In this document: positions 17,563-25,500 of the stretch, piece after piece
Position numbering within the stretch: position 1 is the first letter of the stretch
How the letters are laid out: the number at the start of each line of letters is the position of its first letter
Virus record (IMG/VR): IMGVR_UViG_3300033183_000212
Coordinates: 1 to 64,000 of that record
DNA length: 64,000 nucleotides
Reading direction: 5' to 3' (one strand)
From: a virus
Program-made: the position numbers and the translations under genes
Notes under the pieces: generated by a model
What the model saw: only the letters and a program-made list of their open reading frames with translations
The model's database searches: none
Told to the model about the DNA's origin: nothing

Positions 17563-17854
17563 GAACATAGACTATCAGCTCGTACCAGTTGAGGACATGC
17601 CTGATGCTTGGGCTGTCAGGATCCTCACCGGCGAGTTTATCGAAACAGTCATAGCGTATGGTGCTGTTTCGTTTAATGAAGTAAAAGATCACTTGTCATT
17701 TAACTTTGTTGTCGTTACTTCTCCAAACGATCAAGCTGTAACTGAAAATGAAGATCTTCAATTATTGGCTGGTAACATCTTGAACAGCATCATCGCAAAT
17801 GGAATTGAAGACGGATCAGTAGAGTTTAAGGATAAGAATGCAGACGAATCTTGA
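17546..17854 (+). CDS. hypothetical acidic protein
   Basis: ORF lying between uvsX and the helicase gene. No motif. Confidence 0.5.
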   Translation: MSNLIENIDYQLVPVEDMPDAWAVRILTGEFIETVIAYGAVSFNEVKDHLSFNFVVVTSPNDQAVTENEDLQLLAGNILNSIIANGIEDGSVEFKDKNADES

Positions 17855-19211
17855 ACAAACAATCTTACGTAACATCCTCACGAATGAACAGTACATGCGG
17901 AAGGTTCTGCCTTTCGTAAAGCCTGAATACTTCGAGGGGATCTATCGTACGTTGTTCAAAGAGGCAGGTAAGTTTGTTGCTAAGTACAACAGACTACCTA
18001 CAGCTGAGTCGTTTAAGATCGAGCTTGATCAGTCTGACAAGCTATCTAATGAACAGCACAACATGGCTGTCGATATCCTGCCGCATATCTTTTCTGATGA
18101 GAAGGTTGACGAGGAGTGGTTGATCGACACTACAGAGAAGTGGTGTCAGGACCGTGCTGTATACAACGCCATCATGGAATCTATCTCTATCATCGATGGC
18201 AAGCATGAGACTTTGACTAAGAACGCTTTACCTGACATCTTACAAAAGGCACTGGGTGTGGCTTTCGATGTAAATGTCGGTCACGACTATATCGAGAACG
18301 TGGAGAAGCGCTATGAGTTCTATCATACCGAAGAGGCGAGGATCCCTTTCGACCTTGAATACTTCAACAAGATCACGAAAGGCGGACTACCAAACAAGAC
18401 ACTTAATATTGCTCTTGCTGGCACCGGTGTTGGTAAGTCTCTTTTTATGTGTCACGTTGCTGCTTCTTGCCTAACACAGAATCATAACGTCCTTTATATT
18501 ACTCTTGAAATGGCAGAGGAACGTATTGCTGAACGTATCGATGCGAATCTGCTAAATGTTGCCATTGACCAAATTGATAAGTTGTCGAAGGATATATTTA
18601 CTACCAAGGTGGCTAATATATCTCGTCAAACGACCGGTAAGTTGATCATTAAGGAATATCCTACTGGTCAAGCTCACACCGGTCACTTCCGTGGTCTCTT
18701 GAATGAACTCAAGCTCAAAAAACAATTTGTGCCTGACATTATATTCATTGACTACTTAAATATCAGTGCCTCATCGAGAATGAAAGGAATGGGCGGTGCC
18801 ATCAACTCGTACAACTACATCAAAGCGATTGCCGAAGAAATACGTGGCCTTGCTGTCGAATTTGACGTACCAATCGTATCTGCAACTCAAACAACAAGAA
18901 GCGGATACTCAAACTCAGACGTCGGACTTGAAGACACCAGCGAGTCCTTTGGCCTCCCAGCCACGGCAGACTTTATGTTCGCTCTTATCTCCACAGAAGA
19001 ACTTGAGCAGCAAGGTCAGATGATGGTCAAGCAACTGAAGAATAGATATAATGATCCAACCTATCATAAAAGGTTTGTTATAGGAGTTGACAGATCAAAA
19101 ATGAGACTTTATGATGTTGCTGAGACACAACAGACTTTGACTGACGATACGCCATTGTTTGATAGGTCTCAAGAAGCAAAGAGATCTAAGTTTGAAGGAT
19201 TTAAGTTATGA
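17838..19211 (+). CDS. 41: replicative DNA helicase, T4 gp41/DnaB-like
   Basis: LAGTGVGKS Walker A, IIFIDYL Walker B and SATQTTRSG. Confidence 0.9.
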   Translation: MQTNLEQTILRNILTNEQYMRKVLPFVKPEYFEGIYRTLFKEAGKFVAKYNRLPTAESFKIELDQSDKLSNEQHNMAVDILPHIFSDEKVDEEWLIDTTEKWCQDRAVYNAIMESISIIDGKHETLTKNALPDILQKALGVAFDVNVGHDYIENVEKRYEFYHTEEARIPFDLEYFNKITKGGLPNKTLNIALAGTGVGKSLFMCHVAASCLTQNHNVLYITLEMAEERIAERIDANLLNVAIDQIDKLSKDIFTTKVANISRQTTGKLIIKEYPTGQAHTGHFRGLLNELKLKKQFVPDIIFIDYLNISASSRMKGMGGAINSYNYIKAIAEEIRGLAVEFDVPIVSATQTTRSGYSNSDVGLEDTSESFGLPATADFMFALISTEELEQQGQMMVKQLKNRYNDPTYHKRFVIGVDRSKMRLYDVAETQQTLTDDTPLFDRSQEAKRSKFEGFKL

Positions 19212-19450
19212 TAAAACACTTTACAGTCTGGACAAAAGACAACTGTGGTTACTGTGTAAGGGCCAAGCAATTGATTCTTATGCGTGGTCACCAATATCAA
19301 GAGAAGAAGGTAGCCAATGGTTACTATCAAATTGAAGACTTAGTTGAAGCTGTTCCTAATGCGAGAACATTTCCACAGATCATACTTGAAGGTGAAGTAA
19401 TTGGTGGTTATGACGAGCTTGTAAAATACTTTGAGAAGCATCGTGACTGA
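19208..19450 (+). CDS. glutaredoxin/NrdC-like thioredoxin-fold protein
   Basis: VWTKDNCGYCVRAKQLI...TFPQIILEGEVIGGYDEL. Confidence 0.8.
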   Translation: MIKHFTVWTKDNCGYCVRAKQLILMRGHQYQEKKVANGYYQIEDLVEAVPNARTFPQIILEGEVIGGYDELVKYFEKHRD

Positions 19451-19631
19451 AGAAGAACTGTTGGCAAGAGCTGAGTGGTTTAGTAATCGACTCGATGAGG
19501 TCATTCAGCTGGCAGACGACGAGCAGGATCTGAAGATCTTATCGTTTGTCATGATGAACAAGTCGTGTCATTCACTAGATATGATTGCGGGTGAAGAAGA
19601 GAGAAAGTTTCATTTTAGAGAGTTTTCATGA
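19431..19631 (+). CDS. hypothetical protein (non-ATG start)
   Basis: ORF fills the gap to thyX. Only TTG/GTG starts are available. Confidence 0.35.
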   Translation: MRSIVTEEELLARAEWFSNRLDEVIQLADDEQDLKILSFVMMNKSCHSLDMIAGEEERKFHFREFS

Positions 19632-20314
19632 AAGCAAAATTAATTAGCGTTTCGAAACCCACAAGGGAGATGTACAGTGAAGGAATTGATAACGCGCAGG
19701 ACCTTATCGCATTCTGCGCCAGGGTCTCCAATCCCAGTAATCAGCTCAATCTCGGCACGGCAGAAAAGCTCATCAGATACCTGGCCAAACACAAGCATTG
19801 GTCACCCTTTGAAATGGTTTCAGTTTGTGTCGAAGTCGAAACAACCCGAGACATCGCGCGTCAGCTATTACGACATCGTTCCTTTTCCTTCCAAGAGTTT
19901 TCCCAACGCTACGCCGATCCAACGAAAGATCTGGAATTCGTACATCGGGATGCACGTCTTCAAGACGAGAAAAATCGACAGAACAGTATAGAACTCGACA
20001 TGACTGATGAACACCGTCGGCTATCTTACATGTGGGAGAATCTTCAGCGTGATCTGATCGAGAAAGCCAAGGATGTTTATACTTGGGCTATTAAAAATGG
20101 TATCGCTAAGGAGCAGGCAAGAGCCGTACTGCCAGAAGGCCTGACTATGTCCAGGCTGTATGTGAATGGAACCATCCGCTCGTGGATCCATTATATTGAG
20201 CTGAGGTCCGGCAATGGCACTCAGCTAGAGCATATCGAGCTGGCTCGAGCCTGTGCTTGTGCCATTCACGAGGCCTTCCCTATGATCGAGGAATACCTCC
20301 AGCCTCATGATTAA
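19628..20314 (+). CDS. thyX: flavin-dependent thymidylate synthase ThyX
   Basis: RHRSFSFQEFSQRY is the ThyX signature (RHR..S.N/Q..S.RY). Confidence 0.9.
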   Translation: MKAKLISVSKPTREMYSEGIDNAQDLIAFCARVSNPSNQLNLGTAEKLIRYLAKHKHWSPFEMVSVCVEVETTRDIARQLLRHRSFSFQEFSQRYADPTKDLEFVHRDARLQDEKNRQNSIELDMTDEHRRLSYMWENLQRDLIEKAKDVYTWAIKNGIAKEQARAVLPEGLTMSRLYVNGTIRSWIHYIELRSGNGTQLEHIELARACACAIHEAFPMIEEYLQPHD

Positions 20315-20347
20315 TACTTTTTTATTAAAAGTAATACTTTTTTATTA
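20312..20347 (+). repeat. two direct copies of TAATACTTTTTTATTA spaced 20 nt apart
   Basis: 20312-20327 and 20332-20347 are identical. Each is an inverted repeat TAATA-N6-TATTA. Confidence 0.8.
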
Positions 20348-20370
20348 TAAAAATATAAACTTTTGATATA

Positions 20371-20399
20371 TTTACTTTTCCTGAGAACTGATATAGAAT
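20371..20399 (+). promoter_or_regulatory. cassette promoter copy 1 (TTTACT-N17-TAGAAT) with upstream cttttGATATA
   Basis: Part of the repeated motif cttttgatatatttacttt. Confidence 0.6.
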
Positions 20400-20432
20400 A
20401 CACTATATCAACAGTTAAAAAGGAAGGTAAAA

Positions 20433-20534
20433 ATGATCAAGAACTTACTACTCGAGCTTTTCCCTGCGGTGCTCCTGGCTGCCCTCATCGGGATGCCTTT
20501 TGCCCTGTACTTCTTATTTGTGATGCAACCTTAA
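20433..20534 (+). CDS. 33-aa hydrophobic peptide (MIKNLLLELFPAVLLAALIGMPFALYFLFVMQP)
   Basis: Below the 60-aa cutoff of the track. Strong AAGGAAGG SD, correct distance from cassette promoter copy 1, and a single TM helix. Confidence 0.45.
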   Translation: MIKNLLLELFPAVLLAALIGMPFALYFLFVMQP

Positions 20535-20574
20535 TACTTTTGGATAAGAATGCAAAATGAATACTTTTGATATA

Positions 20575-20603
20575 TTTACTTTTGCAATTCACTAGTATAT
20601 AAT
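20575..20603 (+). promoter_or_regulatory. cassette promoter copy 2 (TTTACT-N17-TATAAT)
   Basis: aatgaatacttttgatatatttactttt is identical to copy 4 over 28 nt. Confidence 0.65.
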
Positions 20604-20635
20604 TGATCTATCGATTGTTGGAAAGGACTCTCAAA

Positions 20636-20974
20636 ATGGTTATCACTTGCCGCACTCAAATCTTCGAAAACTTCGGTTCGGTCGCTCAGCCCGACTGGAA
20701 AGCTCAAGGTATGCGTCTGTACGTGGTCCGTGACGTGTCCGAGTGGCCCGAGGACGCTGTGCTCGTCAAGACGTGGTTCGAGCATCAGGTTTGGACCGAG
20801 GAGGAAGGCTATGACGAGATCGTCATGGAGACTGGCGAGCTTGCCTCTACCGAGTACCTTGACGAGCTCGGCGGCCGCTACATTGATGTGACGAACGAGT
20901 TTCGTAACAACGAAGAGGCGTTCCGTGAAAAGTTTGCGTTTACCATCAACAGCTGGGAACTTGAGAAGATTTAA
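20636..20974 (+). CDS. hypothetical protein, GC-rich cassette cargo
   Basis: ATG at 20636 with a GGAAAGGA SD downstream of cassette promoter copy 2. About 60% GC in a 60-nt sample. Confidence 0.55.
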   Translation: MVITCRTQIFENFGSVAQPDWKAQGMRLYVVRDVSEWPEDAVLVKTWFEHQVWTEEEGYDEIVMETGELASTEYLDELGGRYIDVTNEFRNNEEAFREKFAFTINSWELEKI

Positions 20975-21014
20975 ACCGCTATAAAGATTTCTTAAACTTT
21001 CTAGGAGTTTCTCC

Positions 21015-21209
21015 ATGTCTTCAATTCAAACCCCCACCTGCCCGGCTTGCAAAGCCGAGATGAAACCCTACTATTACGTAGGGTACTACGAGGAGTTCTC
21101 GTGCTGGCGTTGCGAGTGCGAGGTCACTCCCGGCTCAGTCGTCCTGGCCGGCGGCTGGTCGAGTGGCACGGACGGAATGCCGGCTGAGGATTACCTCGCC
21201 TTAGAATAG
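21015..21209 (+). CDS. zinc-ribbon protein, GC-rich
   Basis: CPACK...CWRCEC. AGGAG SD. Followed by a terminator. Confidence 0.55.
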   Translation: MSSIQTPTCPACKAEMKPYYYVGYYEEFSCWRCECEVTPGSVVLAGGWSSGTDGMPAEDYLALE

Positions 21210-21215
21210 GCGAGG

Positions 21216-21234
21216 CCCGCTTCGGCGGGTTTTC
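21216..21234 (+). terminator. rho-independent terminator
   Basis: cccgc-ttcg-gcggg followed by tttt. Preceded by a second hairpin, cctcgcc/ggcgagg. Confidence 0.65.
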
Positions 21235-21255
21235 AATCAATAAAGGAGATAGGAT

Positions 21256-21513
21256 ATGATGTCAGCTAAGGAAAAAGCACTTGACAGCCAAAAGATTGCT
21301 GCGCAAGTAGCCTTGAATCGGCTCAGCTCGTGGGCTGCTGATTTCAAGATGGGTATTATTGATGACAAGCGTGTTGTCACTATCATGCGCGCCATTGTGG
21401 ATGGCTTCGAGGGATTCAGTGACGAAGAGCGTGAAGTCGCTCTTGAGGAAGCTCTCGAGGACTGGGGCATTAACTATCAACTCTACATGATGCAGGAGAA
21501 TGATGATGCGTGA
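21256..21513 (+). CDS. hypothetical protein
   Basis: AAAGGAG SD. No motif. Confidence 0.5.
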   Translation: MMSAKEKALDSQKIAAQVALNRLSSWAADFKMGIIDDKRVVTIMRAIVDGFEGFSDEEREVALEEALEDWGINYQLYMMQENDDA

Positions 21514-21769
21514 AGCGACGATTCAACTTTTGGACATGGATTTTTCTCAACGAGATGCATTCACTCGACATGGTGGTGCATATGATCGAGGTAGTGCTGA
21601 TGCATACTACGGTCGTGAGGCACAACCTCATCTCTTTACTGGTGATACATATAGGTCTACTCGCTTAGAAGAGTGTGACATGTCAGAGGAAGAGATCGCT
21701 GCATATTATCAAGGTTATTACGATCAGAATGAAAGAAAAGACTGGGGTACTTTAGAGTTACCATATTAA
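21500..21769 (+). CDS. hypothetical protein
   Basis: Overlap-coupled ORF. No motif. Confidence 0.45.
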   Translation: MMMREATIQLLDMDFSQRDAFTRHGGAYDRGSADAYYGREAQPHLFTGDTYRSTRLEECDMSEEEIAAYYQGYYDQNERKDWGTLELPY

Positions 21770-21772
21770 TAG

Positions 21773-21801
21773 TTTACTTTTCTCGAGATCTGTGGTATAA
21801 T
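21773..21801 (+). promoter_or_regulatory. promoter TTTACT-N17-TATAAT
   Basis: Its spacer shares ctcgaga.tct.tgg with the promoter at 50857. Followed by an about 80-nt GC-rich leader. Confidence 0.6.
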
Positions 21802-21880
21802 ATACATTCAAAACATGAGGAGGGGGTCGCCTCACTCCTTCTCGTGACGTGAACCGAGGCATTTCATTATGGAGTATTTT

Positions 21881-22126
21881 ATGTCGAAACTTGCTAAACT
21901 TGAGTCTTATTTGGTTGACGGTGGCGTTGTTACCGCTAAACAAATCAAGAGCATGTTCAAGCTTGCTAACCCTACCGCTGCCGTGAGTGAGCTGCGCCGT
22001 AAAGGTGTATGCATCTACTCGAATCCGGCCACGTTGTACACTGGTGAGCAAACTACCAAGTACCGTGTTGGTAAGCCTTCGAAGGCAATGGTTGCTGCAG
22101 CCTTTGCTGCTGGTTTCGCAGCCTAA
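21881..22126 (+). CDS. hypothetical small protein (possible winged-helix)
   Basis: ATG at 21881 with a GGAG SD about 80 nt downstream of the promoter at 21773. Followed by a hairpin terminator. Confidence 0.5.
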   Translation: MSKLAKLESYLVDGGVVTAKQIKSMFKLANPTAAVSELRRKGVCIYSNPATLYTGEQTTKYRVGKPSKAMVAAAFAAGFAA

Positions 22127-22132
22127 ATCAGT

Positions 22133-22154
22133 GAGGGGCTTAGTCCCCTCTGTT
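22133..22154 (+). terminator. hairpin terminator
   Basis: gagggg-cttagt-cccctc. Weak T tract. Confidence 0.45.
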
Positions 22155-22175
22155 CAACTCTTTAAAAGAAATTAT

Positions 22176-22475
22176 ATGATGAAATGTACTATGAAATTAA
22201 CAGAGCTTCCTCGCTTTTCGAAATATAAAGAGAGTGATAAGGCTAAGCAATTTTTAAAACAATTTGGCGATAATCGATATGTCTTACTCAAAGATGTAAC
22301 AGGTAATAAACCAACCGCGGTTGTTCCTGCATCTGGTTTTGCCACGCCTCTTGATCAACATGTATACCTTTACAAGCTTAAGCGTAGACTTGAAGCAACA
22401 AAATCTAAATACCATCATCAGAATGAATCAATTGAACTAGAATACGTTTTTTACTCGCATTACTCCTATGTTTAA
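22176..22475 (+). CDS. hypothetical protein
   Basis: First ATG after the terminator. The longer track ORF from 21987 runs through the previous gene and the terminator. Confidence 0.45.
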   Translation: MMKCTMKLTELPRFSKYKESDKAKQFLKQFGDNRYVLLKDVTGNKPTAVVPASGFATPLDQHVYLYKLKRRLEATKSKYHHQNESIELEYVFYSHYSYV

Positions 22476-22656
22476 AAGATACTATGACATCGACTGGAAC
22501 AAAGTAATGAATGAGACTATTGTGGTGTACGATAAAGTGTACCTACAGTCTTATGTTACGCCTGCGCTCATTGAGCAGATGGAATATCTAGAGAAAGAAG
22601 TATCTCAAAGCGATTTGTCTGAAGCTAAAGACGTGTTGAAGAGGATTAAAAAGTGA
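22468..22656 (+). CDS. hypothetical protein
   Basis: Overlap-coupled ORF. Confidence 0.45.
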   Translation: MFKRYYDIDWNKVMNETIVVYDKVYLQSYVTPALIEQMEYLEKEVSQSDLSEAKDVLKRIKK

Positions 22657-22985
22657 TCGATTATAAGTTCGATGAAGGTAGACACATAGGTGAGTTTAAG
22701 GATTATATCGACTCTACCTACAGCGGTCACTACTCAACCAATAAGTTTCAAGCAACTGAGTTTATTATTGACGGTGGACATGGTACAGGCTTTTGTATCG
22801 GTAACGTACTGAAGTACGCACAGCGTTATGGTAAAAAGGGCACCAGAGGTGATGCCCGTAAAGATCTAATGAAAGTGCTGCACTACGCTCTGATCCAGCT
22901 ATACATACACGATAATGAATTGGATCAACTAAAAGAGGATAGCAGCGAACAACCAAGCGGTTCCGCCAAGCGCCGCACCAAGTAA
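22653..22985 (+). CDS. DUF3310-like phage protein
   Basis: GHGTGFCIGNVLKYAQRYGKKG resembles the DUF3310 core. GTG start overlaps the upstream stop. Confidence 0.55.
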   Translation: MIDYKFDEGRHIGEFKDYIDSTYSGHYSTNKFQATEFIIDGGHGTGFCIGNVLKYAQRYGKKGTRGDARKDLMKVLHYALIQLYIHDNELDQLKEDSSEQPSGSAKRRTK

Positions 22986-23393
22986 ACCAAGCGCTACACT
23001 ATACTCTACAAAAGCCCTACGCCGGCGCATCTGTTCATAGATCATCCTTTCCCTCTGATCTTTGATGCGCCGGCGTTCCTTTATGAACTCCTCGTACGCA
23101 CCGGGTGGTCCATACCACTGGAACATCTCACGGATCTCTTTCTCCATGACTAGGATCTTGTTGCGATACGCAACTGCCTCAAGCGCAGCCTTAGTGTCAT
23201 CTTGAAACGTAAGCTTCTTGAATATAGAAGGCTTTGTTCTCTGACCAGCCCACTCTTGAACGTCGGATACATGGCCAGCCCACTTAGCAAGCTGACCAAA
23301 CACTTCTTCAATATCACGTCCATGATTTACAAGGGTTTGTACACCCTTGAAGGCTGCAGACGCAGCAGCCATTGCAGTGATAGGATCTATCAT
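22929..23393 (-). CDS. membrane-anchored hypothetical protein
   Basis: C-terminal TM segment VALGLLGAALGGTAWLFAAILF. Last gene of the minus-strand block. Confidence 0.5.
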   Translation of the reverse strand: MIDPITAMAAASAAFKGVQTLVNHGRDIEEVFGQLAKWAGHVSDVQEWAGQRTKPSIFKKLTFQDDTKAALEAVAYRNKILVMEKEIREMFQWYGPPGAYEEFIKERRRIKDQRERMIYEQMRRRRAFVEYSVALGLLGAALGGTAWLFAAILF

Positions 23394-23402
23394 AATACCT
23401 CC

Positions 23403-23987
23403 CTAGTTGGCTAGTGGATTATCCAAAGCCTCCTTGATTTTCTGGTCCATTTCTTTCTTGACTTCTTTAAGTCCTGTATCTACTTCTTTCTGTAGATCTC
23501 TCATCTCATTTCTCGCTACCTTCAAGTCAGCGTCAACTTGACGTTGCTGTTCTTTAGTTGAACGCTCTATACTTTCTACTACCTTCTCTACTCTACGAAT
23601 ATCACTCTTTAAATCATTTTTAATCTCATTTGTGTATTCTGTAGATTGTTGAACGTTGGCAGCAATGCCTTCCATCTTCTTGTCGACAGCAGTCAATCGC
23701 TCGTTGATACTACTGAGATCAGGAGCAACATATTCTTGGATCTGTTGCTTCATTTCCATATAATCTTTGTAAACTTCAAACGCACCATACAGCGAGCCAA
23801 CGCCAGCTGATATGATTGCGAACGCTGCGCTGATAGTCATCGCAGTCATCTTGATACCGAACAGACGAAACTCTTTGTTCTTGAGACCTTCTATCTCTTG
23901 TTCAAAGTTTTCAATACCTTCGCCTAGATCTTTACTTGCCATCTTCCTTCTCTTTTTGTTTTGTTTGTTCTTTGAGTTGTCTTCCAA
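23403..23987 (-). CDS. coiled-coil protein with one TM helix
   Basis: TM segment MTAMTISAAFAIISAGVGSLYGAF followed by a long heptad-like region. Confidence 0.5.
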   Translation of the reverse strand: MEDNSKNKQNKKRRKMASKDLGEGIENFEQEIEGLKNKEFRLFGIKMTAMTISAAFAIISAGVGSLYGAFEVYKDYMEMKQQIQEYVAPDLSSINERLTAVDKKMEGIAANVQQSTEYTNEIKNDLKSDIRRVEKVVESIERSTKEQQRQVDADLKVARNEMRDLQKEVDTGLKEVKKEMDQKIKEALDNPLAN

Positions 23988-24066
23988 TTGGAGTGTTCCT
24001 ATTTGGTGGATAAGGAATTCCTTCTTTCGGTTTGGGTCTGTGTTTAAACCAGCTCATTGAACCTCC

Positions 24067-25500
24067 CTAGTTGTATTGTTGCCTCACCATCTCTCGGTGT
24101 AATCTATCAGAGCCAAGTCCTCTCATAGCTCTACGATTATCAACGTTGACCTGTCCTTTATAGATCTCTTTTGGTGCATAAAAAGAAGCGTCTGCTAACT
24201 GTGTTTGATATGCACCAAACCCTGCAGGTGTCTTTGCAAAACTATCCATGCTCACACCACCCGCTGCTGCTTCGTTTGGTTGCTTCTTTGCCTGCTGCTG
24301 TGTCGTTTGTTGTGTTGTTTGAGTAGTCTCTGTTTGTGTTGTCTGTGTATTGTTATTATTATCCTGACTCATAGTAACATTTGTTACTGGTGAGTCTTGA
24401 GTTGTAGATGATTGTTCAATCGTTGTCTCTGTTAGTGCAATATCCTCAACTCCAGATGATGAACCTGCAGGAACTTGTGATTCTGTAGATTGCATAATGC
24501 TTTGATTCACCACATTCATTACGTTTGTTAAATCAGTTGCTTGTCTCACTACCAACGCAATCAAGCTATAATCAATAGTGACTTTCTTTTCCTCTTTTTT
24601 CTCTTCAGCTACTTGCTTTTGTTCTACTGTTTCCTTTGGTGCATCACCAGGTATTGTCAATTCACCAGTAGTGGATACCTCAATGCCACCAGCATCAATT
24701 GTTGGTGTAGCTGCTACTGTAGTTTCCTCAGGTACACTTGAAGTGCTGGTATTACCATATTGTGTAACTTCAGGCACTCCCGTTGTATCTTCTGTAGTCG
24801 GTGTGGCTGATGCAGTGAGTTCGGCTAGTGCTGCAGCAAAACCAGAACACGTAGGAGAATAGAGTGGATTATCTACACATGGATCTACGGAGTAGTTCAC
24901 TGATAACGTTACGTTCATGAACTCTGGACCATAATAACCAGCCCAGTTCCCGCTATCTCGACCAGTGATACTCAATCGAATCGAATCTGCCTGAGTTAAG
25001 CTGTAAGGGTTTGTATATGTTCTTGTGCCACTTGGAGTGATCCAATTTGGTATGTGATAACCATAATCATACTTGTCTGATTCAAGTATACCGCCATTTG
25101 AGCTCAATAAATCAACGTTGATATAAGCAATCGGATCATAACTACCAGGCTGATTTCCGTTGATGTTTGAGTTCTTTACGTGCCAGTGCCAGTTATATCC
25201 GTTCACTTGTAAACCGGTACCTGAGTTAGGTAACGCGTTTGAAAGTGCAAATGACTGACTCAGTGTCCCTTGTAGATAACTAAAGATGATCTGATTGCTA
25301 CCTGCATATCCTTCAGTGCTCATTGCTGGACAAGGACCGCCAGAAGTTCCACCCCAAAATGCACCAGACGCAGTCGTATAACAACCAGTCCAGTTGTTGT
25401 TCTGGATTAAGTTGCCGGTTGAACTGACCTGTGCGTTAGAATACGACACCGAGCACAGCAGCAATGCCAAGCCCAATGCCAATCTTTTGGAAAGTGTCAT
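24067..25500 (-). CDS. secreted protein with a Thr/Gln-rich linker
   Basis: Signal peptide MTLSKRLALGLALLLCSVSYSNAQ, a Cys-containing beta-rich N domain and a NNNNTQTTQTETTQTTQQTTQQQ tract. Confidence 0.6.
   Translation of the reverse strand: MTLSKRLALGLALLLCSVSYSNAQVSSTGNLIQNNNWTGCYTTASGAFWGGTSGGPCPAMSTEGYAGSNQIIFSYLQGTLSQSFALSNALPNSGTGLQVNGYNWHWHVKNSNINGNQPGSYDPIAYINVDLLSSNGGILESDKYDYGYHIPNWITPSGTRTYTNPYSLTQADSIRLSITGRDSGNWAGYYGPEFMNVTLSVNYSVDPCVDNPLYSPTCSGFAAALAELTASATPTTEDTTGVPEVTQYGNTSTSSVPEETTVAATPTIDAGGIEVSTTGELTIPGDAPKETVEQKQVAEEKKEEKKVTIDYSLIALVVRQATDLTNVMNVVNQSIMQSTESQVPAGSSSGVEDIALTETTIEQSSTTQDSPVTNVTMSQDNNNNTQTTQTETTQTTQQTTQQQAKKQPNEAAAGGVSMDSFAKTPAGFGAYQTQLADASFYAPKEIYKGQVNVDNRRAMRGLGSDRLHREMVRQQYN

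Noticed and set aside
20363-20560. 65-aa plus-strand track ORF in the cassette region
   Set aside because: It starts inside the promoter and has no SD. The 33-aa ORF in another frame (20433-20534) has a strong SD and a clean TM helix and is the better candidate.
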